Assembly (NCBI GenBank): GCA_002189035.1
Contig: NEEC01000029.1
Span: 1 to 64,000 of the forward strand
Direction: 5' to 3'
DNA: 64,000 nt
DNA from: Utricularia gibba
Taxonomy: Eukaryota; Plantae; Magnoliophyta
The notes under the pieces are model-generated. The model saw only the letters and a list, made by a program, of their open reading frames with translations, was not told the origin of the DNA and did not search any database. This document shows, piece by piece, positions 49,277-64,000 of this stretch. The translations under genes were made by a program, and so were the position numbers. The stretch's first letter is position 1; each line of letters opens with the position of its first letter.

Positions 49277-51892
49277 TCAGAAAACTGGGCATCCTTCAAC
49301 TTGAATCCCCGGCGCCGTAGGGCAATGGGCCAAGGGACAGTGATCATCGGCGCTCAATCCCCACCATTGGGGGCCATCAATTCCGGGATTCTGCAGGGTG
49401 AAGAAACAGAGCGCTGCCGAGAAGGCCACCCCGGCATCAAGCGCGGCGGATAAAATGTAATTGTGCCTCGCCCACCACTGCTTGTATCGCCTGTACACGT
49501 AGAAATTGAAGAACAGCCCCACAGCGAACCAGCAGTTGTAGTTCACGGGTTTGGCCATGGGTAGAGCCCCAGCTGCAGAGATCAAATCGGCATATTCACC
49601 AGTGGAAACCATCTCTGTTCTGGGAATTTTTTGGATAAGAACCAAACTGGGATTGGAGCTAGGAGCCCGAAGAGGAAGAAGTAGTTCAATGTTGGATACA
49701 GCCCAAGGGTCCCGAATACACGAAGAGGGCCAACAACTCCCCAAATTATGGAGGCGTTGTAGAAAACATTATCTCCAGGGCAGGTCCAGGGACTGCCTTT
49801 AGGTAATAGTGTCGGGTCACAGATGTGTTCAACTGTCGTTAGAAGCCACCATGCCGTTCCGAAGCATATCATGTTTGAAATTATTGTTCCTGTGACCTAC
49901 ATTCAGTGGATTCTCATTACATATGATGAAAGATGTGAACTTTGGAATCAGAATTGAGGTACCTGTACAGTGAACATGGATTTTGGTGGGACTTTCATGT
50001 AATGGCCAAGCTTAAAATCTTGTAGGAAATATAATGCTTGCCCTATGCTTATTGTGCTATAGGTTTTGAAAAGCACGTTTGCTAGTGGTTTCCCAGGAAG
50101 CATGTAGCCTATGATCATCTCTGAGATCACATTCAGACCAGGCCCCTACAATATAAGAGCATTAGAGTTAGTAACCGTTGTGTGTATGTGAACTTTATAC
50201 AGGAATGGAAATGCAATTATTACTTGGTTTGTGGTAGCATTGATAACTCCAATAGGTAGAGTAAAAATGAAGGCCAGAGCCATGGCCATGAGAACACCCC
50301 ACCAGGGAAGTTGTAGTTGTCGACCAAACCCTTCACAGGCGAACAACGATAAAGCTGTTACAAAGACCAATAAAGAGTAAAACCACCATTGTGGAACAGG
50401 CTTGTAGCTCTTCATCAATCTGGTATGAACATCTCCAGTATGATCTTTTAATGATGCCTTTGCTTTGGGCCAAATTGTCCTGAAACCTGAATTATGTTAG
50501 AAGCAGATATATGGTGTTAACATATAACAGAGAATTCGGCATGTTTCATTTACCTTCCATAAAATAGTGCTACATGTGTGAGTGTAGCAGCCAGAGTTGC
50601 AAAGCTTAGCCCATATATTAAAGAAAAGAGCACTGTTAGATTGAGCTTGCTGTAAGAATCATAGGCTTGAAGGTTGATCTGGAATGTTTTCTTTTCAAGA
50701 ATTGATGATATGTTGTAACGATGTCCATAGGAATCATATACATTGGGCGTCATGATGGGGAACTTCCGAGCATCAAACAAGTTGTTCCAGTAGGATATTG
50801 GCATCAGCACATAGAGAAAAAGTATGTAGCCAACCAGAATGTTGAATATTGCAAAAGCAGGAGTTGCCAAGGGACTGCCAAGGAAGCTGGCAGCAGTGGA
50901 CCAATCGATGGCGAAGGACCCGACACCAAATCCATGGATTCCACCTCCTATTTGTTGTGCCATGACTGATTTCTTCCATATCCAGCAGACAAAAGAAAGG
51001 GCTGTGATGGATGGAAACAGGTAATTTGGGACTATGTAGTAAGCGAAGCTACATATAAACACAGTCAAGAAGAATTGCAGCCTTGTCAATCCCCCTTTTG
51101 TCCTAACTTCTTCATCATGCAATGCTCTGAACAGAGAAACTTGGATGAGAGTTGCAGGCCACCACATATATGGAGAATCAACCAGATAATTCCTAAAGAG
51201 ACCAGCCCAGCCGTATCCCAGCAGCTGTGTTTTTTAACATATTTCAGCATCTGCTATACATGTCTCATCTCAAATAAAAGCAGCTATCTTCGGTTTGATG
51301 TGTACCTGGGTGGTATTTGTGACAAGGAGTGCCACTAGGGGGTTCAAGGGGCGATGATAAAATGCCTTCATGATCGTGAGAATAGCGATTGCATATGCAG
51401 TATTCGCTCCAACACTAGCAAACATGGTGATCAAGGTATGCTCCTTCATGTTGAAGGGCCCCGGATTCAAGCTGAAAGTCCATTTCGTGCCAGGAAAACG
51501 GTATCTTCTTCTGGGCAAGTATGCAGCCATGAACTTCCCAATGGGTAGCACCAAAATTTGAGCAGAAACAGACGATACGCTCAAGGGATTCTGCCTGTAC
51601 TGGAAGAACTGATTCAAGAAAGCCAAAGTTGCACATGATATCAATCCTAGAAACCATGTTCTAAAGGTCAAGCAAGGGAGCGTTGGATCATCGTACGGCG
51701 GCACTGTCAGCCGGACTTCCTCCACCGGAGAATCATTAATCTCAACTGCAGCCAAAAAAAAAAAAAAATCCCATATTTCAGCCATCTTAAAGGTACTCCT
51801 ACTCTACACGGAATCTCACCTTCACCCTTCTTCTCTACAGGTTCTTGCTGCACGGTGTGAAGGGGAACAGTCCTGCTCTCCAAAGACTCCAT
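49277..51892 (-). CDS. OPT: Oligopeptide transporter (OPT family, OPT1/OPT5-like), ~747 aa, with an apparent 1-nt frameshift at 49584-49586
   Basis: Exons 51892-51820, 51745-51306, 51224-50554, 50479-50224, 50145-49963 and 49896-49277. Motifs [31 protein letters not shown] and [12 protein letters not shown]. The exon total is 2243 nt, one short of a multiple of 3. Confidence 0.93.
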
Positions 51893-53099
51893 GTGCAGAA
51901 GAACAATGCTTTATCTCACAAAGCACCGATACAAGGTAGCGTTACTGGATCAGATTTCCAATGGCTTTCGTCTGTTTCTGCAGAAATAAACAAAAAACTC
52001 TGGCAGTCCCCATCACATGTCTCCATATGTAATTGTGTGGAGGAGTGTACTTCAAATGACAATGAATTGGAATCAAGAGACGATGGGCCAACCCCTCCCT
52101 ACAGTTCCAATCTTGCATTATTACACCATCTCTCTACTTCTAGAAGGGGCCAACCCCAAACCTCTCTCTGTCAAGCTGTTTCCATGTCCTGAGTTAAAAG
52201 GAGAGCTACGACAAACAGCACGGTCCGTGTGCTCAAGGATCTACCCATTCACAGTTATCCAACCCAGTGACTCAACTCAAGGGACCACCCTCACCTAGCC
52301 AGCCAGCCAGCTATTCACCCACCCCCCAGTTGGAGGGTACCCACCCTTCATATTAAAATATTCGGTTCCATGCATATTTTTTAAAAATAAAAGTGTGAAA
52401 ATAAAATGAACATGATAATTAAAACATCCTTTTTTAGGTTTGAATTTAATTGCATTCTATTAGTTTATATGGGATATAATCTATTTCTCTGGCTTCTACA
52501 TTTTTTTAGACAACAACAGACAAATGTCTTGAATTAGAGCAGTTGGACTGCCGCTCTTTTGGACAGATCTGGTCAACAGTCTTCCACTCAGTGGAGGTAG
52601 TGGACACCCAACACGGTTGATGTGCCCGTGTGAACCTGAGGACTTGTGTTTTTGGAGCCATGATGAGGGAGGGTTGTTTCTTTCATTGATGGCTGTGTCT
52701 TTGGTTGTATTCTAACCAGAGTTGCATACGCGAGATATGGACATTATGACGAAACCCAAGTGCCGTGGTGGAAATCCCACTTTGTAAGTCAATGTGATAA
52801 TCATGTTGCAGAACGAACGGCCAACTGGATCTGTCACTCCATCTGTTCATCTGGTTTAAAGATGATGGTGTTCTGTGTGAATTCAGAGGCATGGATGGGG
52901 AAAATTTTCCAAGGCACTGTTCATTTCCTGATTCAAAAAAATGTAGGGATCCAACAGAGAGTGGAATGAGGTGAAGAATGTTGGCTACCTAGTTGCCAAA
53001 AAGTTGTACACTCAAATGCAAAAGAGAGTGGCAGCAGCAGGGATTCTATTCTTGTGCTGCTGCTGCTGCTTCACTCTCCAAAAAAAAAGGAAGCTCAAG

Positions 53100-54981
53100 T
53101 CACTGGTTTAATATCAGATGAAGTGGATCATAATCATATGGATCACCTGATTTCACAAACCGTCCCTTTACACGCTTCCGGATATCAGCTCTCACCTTGC
53201 GGGAAGCATACCTTATCTTCTTGTCAAACCTGCATAATTTGTCACACACCATTTTTGTAGATGGGGAGGGGAAAAAGGAGAGAAAGGAAAGAGCTGGAGA
53301 ATTACTTGCATACTTTCTTAGCTTCTTTTTCTCCTTGTACCGCAGTAATGCATCATCCCTGCAGGCTGATGATGGTGTTTGGTTTGAAGGCAGAGGAGTA
53401 CCCTTGGTGGCGACATCCATGTACGGCCAAACATTCTCATGATGATCTGCAAGTACGAGTTCGGGAACCGGGCCAGAGAACGAGCGGGAGATTGCGGACT
53501 GTGAAGGTGCTTCGAAGGGACTTCTTGAATCAGATTTGCAGCATGAAATGGAGTCTGTGGACAGTGTGATGTTGTTGCAGGACCAGAACATTGTTTCATT
53601 GTTTGAAATGGAATCATCTTGCAACTACAATGATTCAAACACAACAAGCTTAGTTTTTCATCTACATGCCTGAGCTTCAAAGCATTGCTATTTGGTTTGC
53701 AGGAGTTCAAGAAACTGAACAGAAGAAAACATCTGCATACCTTCATGGGGTTTAGTTTCTCCAGACTCTCCTCAATATCATTGAAGTTCCCAAACTCCGG
53801 CAAGCTGCCAAGTTCGCTAGTCTCAGAATATGGCAGAGGGTCATCAAGAAATCCTTCACAATCATCCAAACTCAAGTCGACATCCGGAAAATCAAGTTCG
53901 TCATACAGAGAATCATAAACGGATCCAGAATGCTTAGTACTTGATGAATAGGCCTACGTTTCATCAACCCAAACCATCAGAAAAGCATGAGAAGTGTAAT
54001 ATGGACAACATGATACAGTACCTAAAGAGTATGTTGAATGTAACTGCAACAATGATCCCATAGCTAGCAAGCTAAGATGAGGAACATACCTTTTTTTTTC
54101 ATTCTGTTTGTAATCAAACAACACCAACGGCCAAAAGGAAATGATTGCAGGGGAAATGAGCGGTTTCAGAACTGTTAATTATTAAACAGTGCACCTTTCT
54201 ATCAACTAAAACTTTTTGGATGGCTATTCAGCAACAGCTGAACAGCTGACATCTATTTGTATGAATGGAGTAGCATTCCAACTGAAGGAAATTCGGGCAC
54301 TCTCCTCCAAAGACTCAGATATGCACAAAGAAGAAGTCAGTATGTTTTTATAAGGTATCTAACTTCCAGTGGGTCAGTGTGAATCCATAAAAAATAAAAG
54401 GGAAGTCATATCAATCATCAGAACCGTTTTTCCCCCTGCAATGCTTTTCAAGTTGTGGGTTGTGAAGAGAGCATAGTAGAAAAAAAAACTACCTTCGAAC
54501 TAGAAGAATCTTTTCTACCACAACGTTGTCCAGTATCAGAAGCCACTGCACCCATGGCTGCATTTTTTTTATCATAATCATCTGAATGAGATTGGCATAA
54601 AGCAGGAATGTCATCTTCCTGACCAGGGTCGAGTCTTGAATGATCTCGATCCACAGAAAAGAAGGACCAAATGTTGGAAAATTCGGCTGAAGAAGGGCAG
54701 CCAGAATAGCAATTGATGGTGTGACGTTTGTGTTCCGCTACATCGGTGGAAGAATGTACATCCCAGTTACAGTTTTGACAAAGAGATAACTTATCTTCAA
54801 TGCACCGAACGACTGCAGGCTGGCTTTGGCATTTTTCACATAGTAGGGTCCTCGAATGGCGCATGGAAAGACCATTTGCAGAATGAACATGCCGGTCACA
54901 GGACAAGCACAAGCGAGCAGCATCAGAACGACAATAGACCAAGGATCTTTGTTCCTTGCAGAAATCACAGAGTTTCCCCAT
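53100..54981 (-). CDS. COL9: CONSTANS-like B-box/CCT transcription factor, COL9/COL10-like, ~380 aa
   Basis: Exons 54981-54493, 53953-53741, 53624-53314 and 53229-53100. Tandem B-boxes ([27 protein letters not shown]), CCT domain (RYKEKKK.RK|[22 protein letters not shown]) and a YDYDP tail. An extra exon inside the 539-nt first intron cannot be excluded. Confidence 0.9.
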
Positions 54982-56347
54982 TTCACAATGGAGCTTCAGT
55001 TCTACAGGGATACAATTTAATGTTCAGTACCCACATATCCATGTAATCTGAAATGTAAGAATGCGTAGAGAAAAAATCCAGGAACCGTACACATCATCAG
55101 GTTCATCTTCTTGAAAATGCCAAAAAAAGTTTACCTTAAACTTGTGGAGTTCTAACGAAAGACTGCACTAAATTGGCTTATGGGTCACAAACAATGGGCT
55201 AAAAACAGCATTCTTTTCGATCTTTTGGAATTAAAGAGTTCCATAGTACACAACATCTGAGAGTACAAAAAAACAACTTTTTCCACAAGAAAAGCTAAAG
55301 CAAAACAACAATTTAATAAGGCAAAACACAAAAAGCCCAACTCAAGCATGCTCAGAGTAAACTGGATCGAAACTACGAAAGGGACCGAAAAACAGATCGT
55401 CGAGCATAAACCCATCAAAAGCATGGCGTTTCTTGCACCTACCTACTGATCAACTTTTTCTCGACCGAGAGAAAAATCTCAATGGGTTTCCCACAGAAAA
55501 TACCGCCGATGCTAAAAGGGTCAAAACTGCGATGGCGATTCAGAGGATTAGGATTACTAAACAAGGTGCTGATGGTCGCTTTTAGCGATCTGTAGGACCA
55601 GAAAAAAGGACGGTGTTCTTGATGAGAGGATATGGGATTGGCCAGAGTTCGCTTTTTGTCGATTAAATTAACCATTTTTCAGCTGAATCGGATGGATGGT
55701 GCCATCCAAAACTTATCCGTTTGGTCGCCAATGGGCAACATATCCGCTCGCTTTTTGCCCTCTCAGCACCAGCTCTGTAGCTCTTTTGGCTCCTTTCCCT
55801 TGAGTGCGATGCCGATGACGAGCCGCCCTGTCCATTTTCTCCCATCCTTCTTTCTATCGTCACAGATCCAAAGGATTCTGAGCCACCGGATCACATCCCC
55901 CGCTCAAGTTCCAATCTCGGTGACGATCGTACGGACACTTTACCCTCAGGAATTCTAAAAATCCGGAAAAAAAAATAATATTCAATTCCCATATATATTA
56001 AAACCATTATAAAATACAAGATTCAACATTAAATGAATAAAATCGATAATAAAATACCTATATTCCAATATGAGATATTTTATTATGAGATCAATATATC
56101 CAAAAATTAGGAATGAGCACTTGGTATGGATACTCCTCTAGTATCAATTTCGAAATTTGATATTTATCGAAATTTCAAATTTCAGATCGAATTCTAAACC
56201 AAATAATAAATAATTATAAATTTGTATATTGATCTCATTTCTTAAATATAAACTATTGTAATAACATAAATTTTTATATTAATATGATTTTACTTCTTGT
56301 GATAAATGATTTGCAATCTAGGAAAAAATAGGGAAAAAGTTTTGAGA

Positions 56348-56431
56348 GGGCCATGTGGTTGGGCTGGGCTACTAGAACTAATGCATGTGGACCCATACGG
56401 CCCAAATGCAAGTCCATTATTTGGAAGCCCA
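56348..56431. promoter_or_regulatory. Site II cluster in the divergent COL9-like / GAUT4 intergenic region
   Basis: TGGGCT twice (56360, 56365), GGCCCA at 56399 and AGCCCA at 56426. Confidence 0.5.
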
Positions 56432-56931
56432 AATCCATTGCCCAGTACATGGACCGGCGTTGAGGAAGTTTAACGGGCCATGAATTTAAAATAAATTAAT
56501 GGGAAGTAATAATTGATAAATTAATATTATTATACTGTACCGAAAAAAAGGATGCTTCAACATCCATCCATCGTCATTTTCCTTCCGCAAGATGAAATGA
56601 GCACCTTCAATTTCTGCGTGCTTTCGTTAATCAGTCACGATCTGGCTCTGTAGATCCATTTGGTGCAGTAATTCTCTCCATCTGTGCGCTTAAGAAGCGT
56701 AACGACGAATCGTTGGTGCAGCATTCGAGGGGTTCTCTCTTTTTCTACCGTAACTTCAGTGCTTATCACTGGGTTTTGGGTTACTGCAAGTTTTGAAGCC
56801 GTATTTGGGTGCTTTACTCATTTTATCTTGTGGGTTTGTTGTCATTCGTTTATCCCTATCTTGGGAACGGAAAAAGGTTTCGTTTTTTGGGAGTGGGAAG
56901 TTGGGAAATTGGAAACCCGAGAGGTTTAACA

Positions 56932-59754
56932 ATGAAGACGAAGTTCATGAGATCCCTGATTTGTTTGCTTTTGTTGACGGTTATCGCCCCTATTGTTCTC
57001 TACACGGACACTCTTGGAGAGTATTTTATATATTCGTGTAATCTCTCTACCCTCTTTGCGTCCTTCGATTCTCTGCTGTGTAAGAATATTGACTGTGCCC
57101 TGATTTATCTGTTTTTGCAGCGCATAACGAATTGGTGGATGATCCGTCGATCTTGGTGAGTTTCTATTCTACTCCCAGACAGTTATAATTTGCAGTCTTT
57201 TCCTTTTTCTCCTTGCATTGCCTTTTTTTTTTCAATTCTTCCGTAATTCCTTGGTTTGGTGTTTGAAGGCATTTGGCGACCTCAGACCTCTAAATTTGTT
57301 ACCTCAGGTACGACTTTTTTCTAAGAAGTCTTCTATTCTTCTCCTGTGATTCTCTAATAATCTTTTCTTACTATTAGGAATCATCTTCCAAATTAAAAGA
57401 CTTACACGAGCTGGTTTATTTGGATAATTCTACCCAATCTAGCTCTGATATAGGAAGAGACTCTTCAACCACAGCTACTACTCGAGTGAATAGGCAGCTC
57501 ACCGGAGGTTTCTTCTTTTGTTTTGTTTGGTTCATCCTTTATTTTTTTACTCGTTGTTGCATTTCTTCAAAGTTAATTTGAGTTGGCTATTTTTAATACC
57601 AGAGGTGGCTCGGGATGGAATTTCAAGTGCTTTCTCTTTGAGTCATAGTGATAGTGATGAACAACCTTTAGATGAGAACAGTATAAGACAAGTGACCAAT
57701 GAGGTTTCCAGAATTCAAATAGGGGGCCTGGAGAAAAAAATGAAAGAGAATGATTCAGATAGAGATCCAGATGTAGTTCGGAGAACTGGTGTCAATATAG
57801 AAGGTGGTTCGCTGGATTCTGATGGCTCCTCCAAGACTGTTGTGGAAAAAATGGTAAAACCTTTTTTCTCCAGCACTTTTATTCTGCTTCTCTACTCCGG
57901 CTATTTTTGAATCTGTTATTTTTTCAAGAAGCGAAGGCGTCAACATTCTGCCCAACTTTCTGGTGAAAAATCACGAGAAAATGTGAAGGTGGTGGCTGAG
58001 AGTCTGGAACATCATGTGGTTCTTCCAGATGCTCGTGTTCTTCAGCTCAAAGATCAACTCATTCGAGCAAGGATATACCTCTCGCTTGGTGCCACTCGTT
58101 CAAACAATCACTTTGTCCGTGAGCTTCGCTTGCGGATTAAAGAAGTCCAAAGAGTACTTGGTGATGCGACCAAGGATTCTGATCTACCGAGAAGGTTAGT
58201 TTAAATGTGATCAGAATTTTACTGTTTCCTGTCTTCAAATTGATTTAGTCTTCCTTCGTGGATGTAGTGCTGCTGACAAGTCGAAGGCTATGGAGCAAAC
58301 TTTGTTGAAAGGTAAGCAAATCATAGATGATTGTGGTTCCGTGGTGAAAAAGCTCCGAGCAATGCTTCATTCAGTTGAGGAGCAGTTACGTGTTCAGAGG
58401 AAGCAAGCATTGTTTTTAACACATTTGACGGCTAAAACAATACCGAAGGGTCTTCATTGCCTTCCATTGCGCTTATCGAGAGACTATTTCAATTTGAACT
58501 CATCTGAGCAACAATTTCCTGGTCTGGAGAAGTTGGAGGATCCCAAGCTGTACCACTATGCCCTCTTTTCTGACAATGTTCTGGCAGCTGCAGTGGTGGT
58601 GAACTCCACGATACTTCACGCCCGGGTATTTTTCTTACAATGTTTAAAACCATAGTGGATAAGCTGTCTAATATTGCTTTCATGCAGGACCCATCGAAGC
58701 ATGTCTTTCATATTGTCACTGATAGGCTCAACTATGCTGCAATGAAGATGTGGTTTATAGCTAATCCACCTGGTAAAGCTACAATCCAGGTTCAGAACGT
58801 TGAGGAATTCACATGGTTAAATTCAAGCTACAGCCCCGTTCTCAAGCAGCTGGGTTCTGCCTCCATGATTGATTATTACTTCAAGAATCGTCGTGCTGAT
58901 TCTGATCCCAACTTCAAGTATCGAAACCCCAAGTATCTTTCAATCATGAACCATCTTCGTTTTTATCTGCCAGAGATCTTTCCCAAGCTCGACAAGATTC
59001 TGTTTTTAGATGATGATATTGTGGTTCAAAAGGATTTGACCGGACTTTGGTCCCTTGATCTAAAGGGGAAGGTCATAGGAGTAGTTGAAACATGTGGGGA
59101 GAGTTTTCATCGTTTTGATCGTTACCTCAACTTCTCAAACCCTCTTATTTCAAAAGCCTTTAACCCTCGTGCCTGCGGCTGGGCTTTTGGCTTGAACATC
59201 TTTGATCTCAGTGCTTGGAAGAAGCAAAACATCACACACATCTATCACAAATGGCAAAATCTGGTAAGCTCCTTGCAGCCATTGCTTTTCCTCTGTATGT
59301 TTGCTTTTGTTTTGTGCTTTGATTTCCAATGTGCAGTAGATGTTTTCTTGTGTGTTGCTAATGAGTTAGAATTTCTAAGTTATTAAATGCCATATGTATC
59401 GTTTTTTAAGCTCAGGCCGCTCTATTAGATTTGTGTTGTTGAATGTATCAACTGAATCTTCTTTCCCTTACTCCACAGAATCAAGATAGACAACTGTGGA
59501 AGCTGGGAACTCTGCCCCCTGGGTTGATAACCTTTTGGAACCAGACATACTCGCTCGAAAAGTCATGGCATGTCTTGGGACTCGGTTACAATCCGAATGT
59601 ACCACAAAAGGATATTGAACGAGCTGCAGTCATACACTACAACGGCAACTTGAAGCCATGGCTTGAAATAAGCATCCCCAAATTCAGAAGCCTCTGGTCG
59701 AAGTACGTTGACTATGATCAAGTCTATTTACACGAATGCAACATCAGTCCATGA
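56932..59754 (+). CDS. GAUT4: Galacturonosyltransferase (GT8), GAUT4 orthologue-like, ~678 aa
   Basis: Exons 56932-57037, 57121-57155, 57269-57307, 57378-57507, 57603-57853, 57929-58194, 58268-58625, 58688-59263 and 59479-59754 (2037 nt, phases consistent). Type II signal anchor, LKDQLIRA, PKGLHCLPLRL, NPKYLSIMNHLRFYLPE, FLDDD, LWKLGTLPPGLITF and HYNGNLKPW. The first donor (57038) is the least certain. Confidence 0.93.
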
Positions 59755-60799
59755 AAATCATATCCAGCAGCTTTACCTCCTGAGAATCAAAGGTGGTCTG
59801 CGCTGATATGTGTGTTCCTTATTCTGTTGCATTCTCTTCCTCAAGCCTTGATTCTTTGTCATTCTTTATGCTCAAGTAATTGCTCTTCACCAACACAGAT
59901 GGCCCAAAGTTCTATAGATGTGTAATACTCAAGCCTCTCTAACCTTTTCCTTGTTCCAAACTCTATAGATGTGTTATGAAGACAGATTCTATGATGTACC
60001 CTTTTCATTTTTTCTTGATCAACATTCCGTTCCTTCAACATGGCATTCACAATCTGATAAACTGTGGGACGCATTTATGTCTGCATATTGCACAGGATTC
60101 AGCTTTTCATGGAATGGTGCCCACTAAAAAGTATAGATATGTGGATAGTGTGCAGTTTTTCTAGGCATGCATGTGACGCCTTTTGGTACCATTCACAGGA
60201 TGAAAAGGAAAGAAAAAAGCAAGCACTTTATGCCATAAAGGATTGTCCCCAAGTGCCCGCATCAAAGTGAACCAGTGAAAACATCCTCACCGGGGACTTG
60301 GAAAGGACACCAACCCCAAATATTCAGTTATTACAAGGTTTTGAGTGGAATGACAGTCACTAATTGCACCTATTATTACATGGTTATTCGGGAGTGTTTA
60401 GTTAACTCACGGGTAGGATGGGCTGCACTTCGGCAAACTTGAAAGATTGATTGTACATGTCGTGGATGCTCAGGAGAACGTGTTTGCAGGTTTCTGCATC
60501 CAGTTGAACGAGAGGATTAGTCAGAAGCCCAGTTAAAAGCCAGTAGAAATAGGAGGTTTTTTACACTTGACCAGTAAAAAACATGTCACGGTGGAGGTGG
60601 ATTGCATCGGTATTTATGAAGACGGTTGCTCGCTCCGTATGGGTTGTGGGAAACAGCATACAGACAAACCCATGAACTAGATCCCAATCAATCTCGGTCA
60701 TGGGCGTGAAAAGGATGCGGATTTTTTTTAGAATGACATTCGTTTTCGCAAGCTATTGTATTTGAAATCATAGTCAGCGCCCCGTGCGGCGCAGTGAGA

Positions 60800-62580
60800 A
60801 TGGGCGGCGGACCGGCGTCGAACAAGTTCAGGAAGGTGGCCGGAAAGTTGTTCCTCAGATTATGTGGTTCCTTTTGCGGAGGACCCATTGCCGCTACTGT
60901 AACTATTTCACCATCACTCTGTGTTTTTGGTACCACATTTGTTGAGAATGGTGGATTTTTGCTCTTAGGTAATGTGTTCTGCGATTTGTTCTCAGGGGGA
61001 TTGCAGTTATTCTCCCAGTTACTCATCTCCGCCGGGAATTCAAAATGGATGCTCGAAGAATCCTTCAGAAACAGCCAATCCAAGCATCAGTCCTCTTAAT
61101 AAGGTGCTTCCCTTTTTGCTTCTTGCATCTGATTTTGTACCATTTCTTGTTCGAATAGGAGATGATTTGAGGGTTTCACTGTGGCTTATGCTGATGCATT
61201 GTGTGTCTTGAAGCATGATCTTGACTGTGCAAGATGAAATATGTTACTGATGATGCTCTCTGGCAGAATACGTGCGCAATATGTCTCGATCCTCTGAACT
61301 ACAGCTCCGGTGGCAGTCCAGGCGAGGCCATATTCACAGCACAGTGTTTCCATTCCTTCCATTTCAACTGCATTTCGTCCAATGTTCGCCATGGTAGCAT
61401 TACTTGTCCCATATGCCGTGCTCAATGGACTCAGTTACCTCACAATCTCAATATCCGAGGTGTAGTCCAGTTGAATAAAGCTGATCCCGTTCTTCAGATC
61501 CTTGATGATTCCATTGCCAATTTCCGGTTCCACAGACGGTCCTCCCTTTGTTCTGCAAGATACGATGATGATGATCCGGTTGACCCTGACATGACAAGTG
61601 AACAACCCCATCTCCAGTTCTCTCTATGTGGTCCATGGACTCAACAGGGATGCTCAAATCTTGATCCCGGAGTTGCAGGTTCTCGCCACTGTTCCCCTTC
61701 ATCTTCCATGGCAGGATCTGCCCCTGCAGCAGCTTGCAGTTCTTCGGGCGAAGAGCCATTCCAGTTTTCTTCAAACAAGGGAGCTTATCTTCTTGTGAGA
61801 CTTGGGTATCAACCATCGATCGATCTAGTGCTGGTTGCTTGCCCTGATGAGCCGCATCTGAGGATGATGAAGCATGCAATGGCGCTGGTTGTTTTCCAGC
61901 TACGCCACAGGGATCGACTAGCCATTGTTACCAACTCCTCTGCTGCCTCCAGAGTATTTCCCCTCCGACGAATGACTCCATGTGGGAAGAAAGCCGCATT
62001 ACAAGTTATAGAACGATTATTCTATGTTCGACAAGCGAATCAGACTGATGGACTAAAGGAAGCCGTGAAGATACTATCGGATCGGATACACAGGAACACC
62101 CAATCCTGCATTCTGCACCTAACAAACAGTCCAACAGCTTGTCACCTTCCAGCCACTGCAATGGCAGAGGATCAGTTCAACATTCATCGGTTTCACCTGG
62201 GGTTCAGGTTTGGTGCTTCCAATGGAGTCACAATGCATCAGTTCGAGGGGTTGCTTCGTCGAGTGATGAGTGGAGCCATCCATGACATCCAGCTGAGTTT
62301 AAAAAACAGCCCAAGTGTCATCAGGATTCGAGAACTTAGAGGCGGGGAGGAGCAGCGGATTTATATCAGCAGCCAGGAATGCTGGCCATTCCATATATCA
62401 TATACTTACCTACTCACTAGAGAAGGAGAAGGGGCGAGATCAGGAGGTGAAGCAATGGTAGGGTTGGAGGAGAATTCGGAGGCTGCCGTCACCACTGGAA
62501 TCTCCGGCGAGAAGTGGGAGCACTACGATCCTTTGCTGGCCAGGAGATGGGCCAAACACTTGCATGGACATCGCATTTAG
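60800..62580 (+). CDS. RING-H2 plus von Willebrand factor A domain protein (WAV3/EDA40-related putative E3 ligase), ~506 aa
   Basis: Exons 60800-60898, 60996-61103 (alternative in-frame acceptor at 60969) and 61267-62580. RING CAICLDPL...CFHSFHFNCISSNVRHGSITCPICR and vWA strand IDLVLVA...DRLAIV. Confidence 0.85.
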
Positions 62581-62968
62581 TGATCATGTCTCAGAGTATT
62601 TGTTCTGTTAAACTGATAAGAAGGCTTGGGACCTGCTGGCTGAATATAGTACTGTGGCCGGGGTTAATAGCTGTATGAGTTTGAGGTTCCTTATGCAATG
62701 ACATAGACACTGCCACTGTTGCAAAGTCCCCTTTCAGCTACACAATTTTTTTCAGACCGCTGAAATTGTTACCCCACAACTACAATCATCCAAAGACAGT
62801 GATGACATAGACAATGCCTCTGTTGGCAGCTTATACCGGCAAGATTTTGTGAGAGATTCTCAGGTCTCAAGAACTGAAACTGGGAAGTAGAATCAGACCG
62901 GTTTTGGTGGATTTCATGGTCCAACTCCAGGTTTGTAAACACTGATTTGAAGCTGTGCAGCCCTCCTC

Positions 62969-64000
<1,032 letters not shown>

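Overview
Flowering-plant nuclear DNA, probably eudicot, with two sharply separated domains. (1) 1-41,931 is one uninterrupted head-to-tail array of a ~345-bp, GC- and CpG-rich satellite (about 120 copies). It has a homogeneous core with local dimer/tetramer higher-order structure and several scrambled patches (25.5-36.3 kb) that look like consensus artefacts. Its ~3.5-kb right edge consists of progressively older monomer layers, each with its own shared variants. All track ORFs in this domain are repeat artefacts. (2) After a ~4-kb buffer holding a candidate spliced unit facing the array and a probable Athila-like solo LTR, the sequence becomes very gene-dense with tiny introns. The genes are an acidic Hev b 5/CCaP-like protein, a DOMON-cytochrome b561, an OPT transporter, a COL9/10-like B-box/CCT factor, GAUT4, a RING-vWA E3 ligase and pantothenate synthetase (5' end outside the window). 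Two conserved genes each lack one base in a homopolymer, which suggests error-prone long-read consensus, so fine detail in the array needs caution. I found no clearly new multi-gene system. The most interesting signals are the satellite's organisation and history and the abrupt satellite-to-gene boundary.
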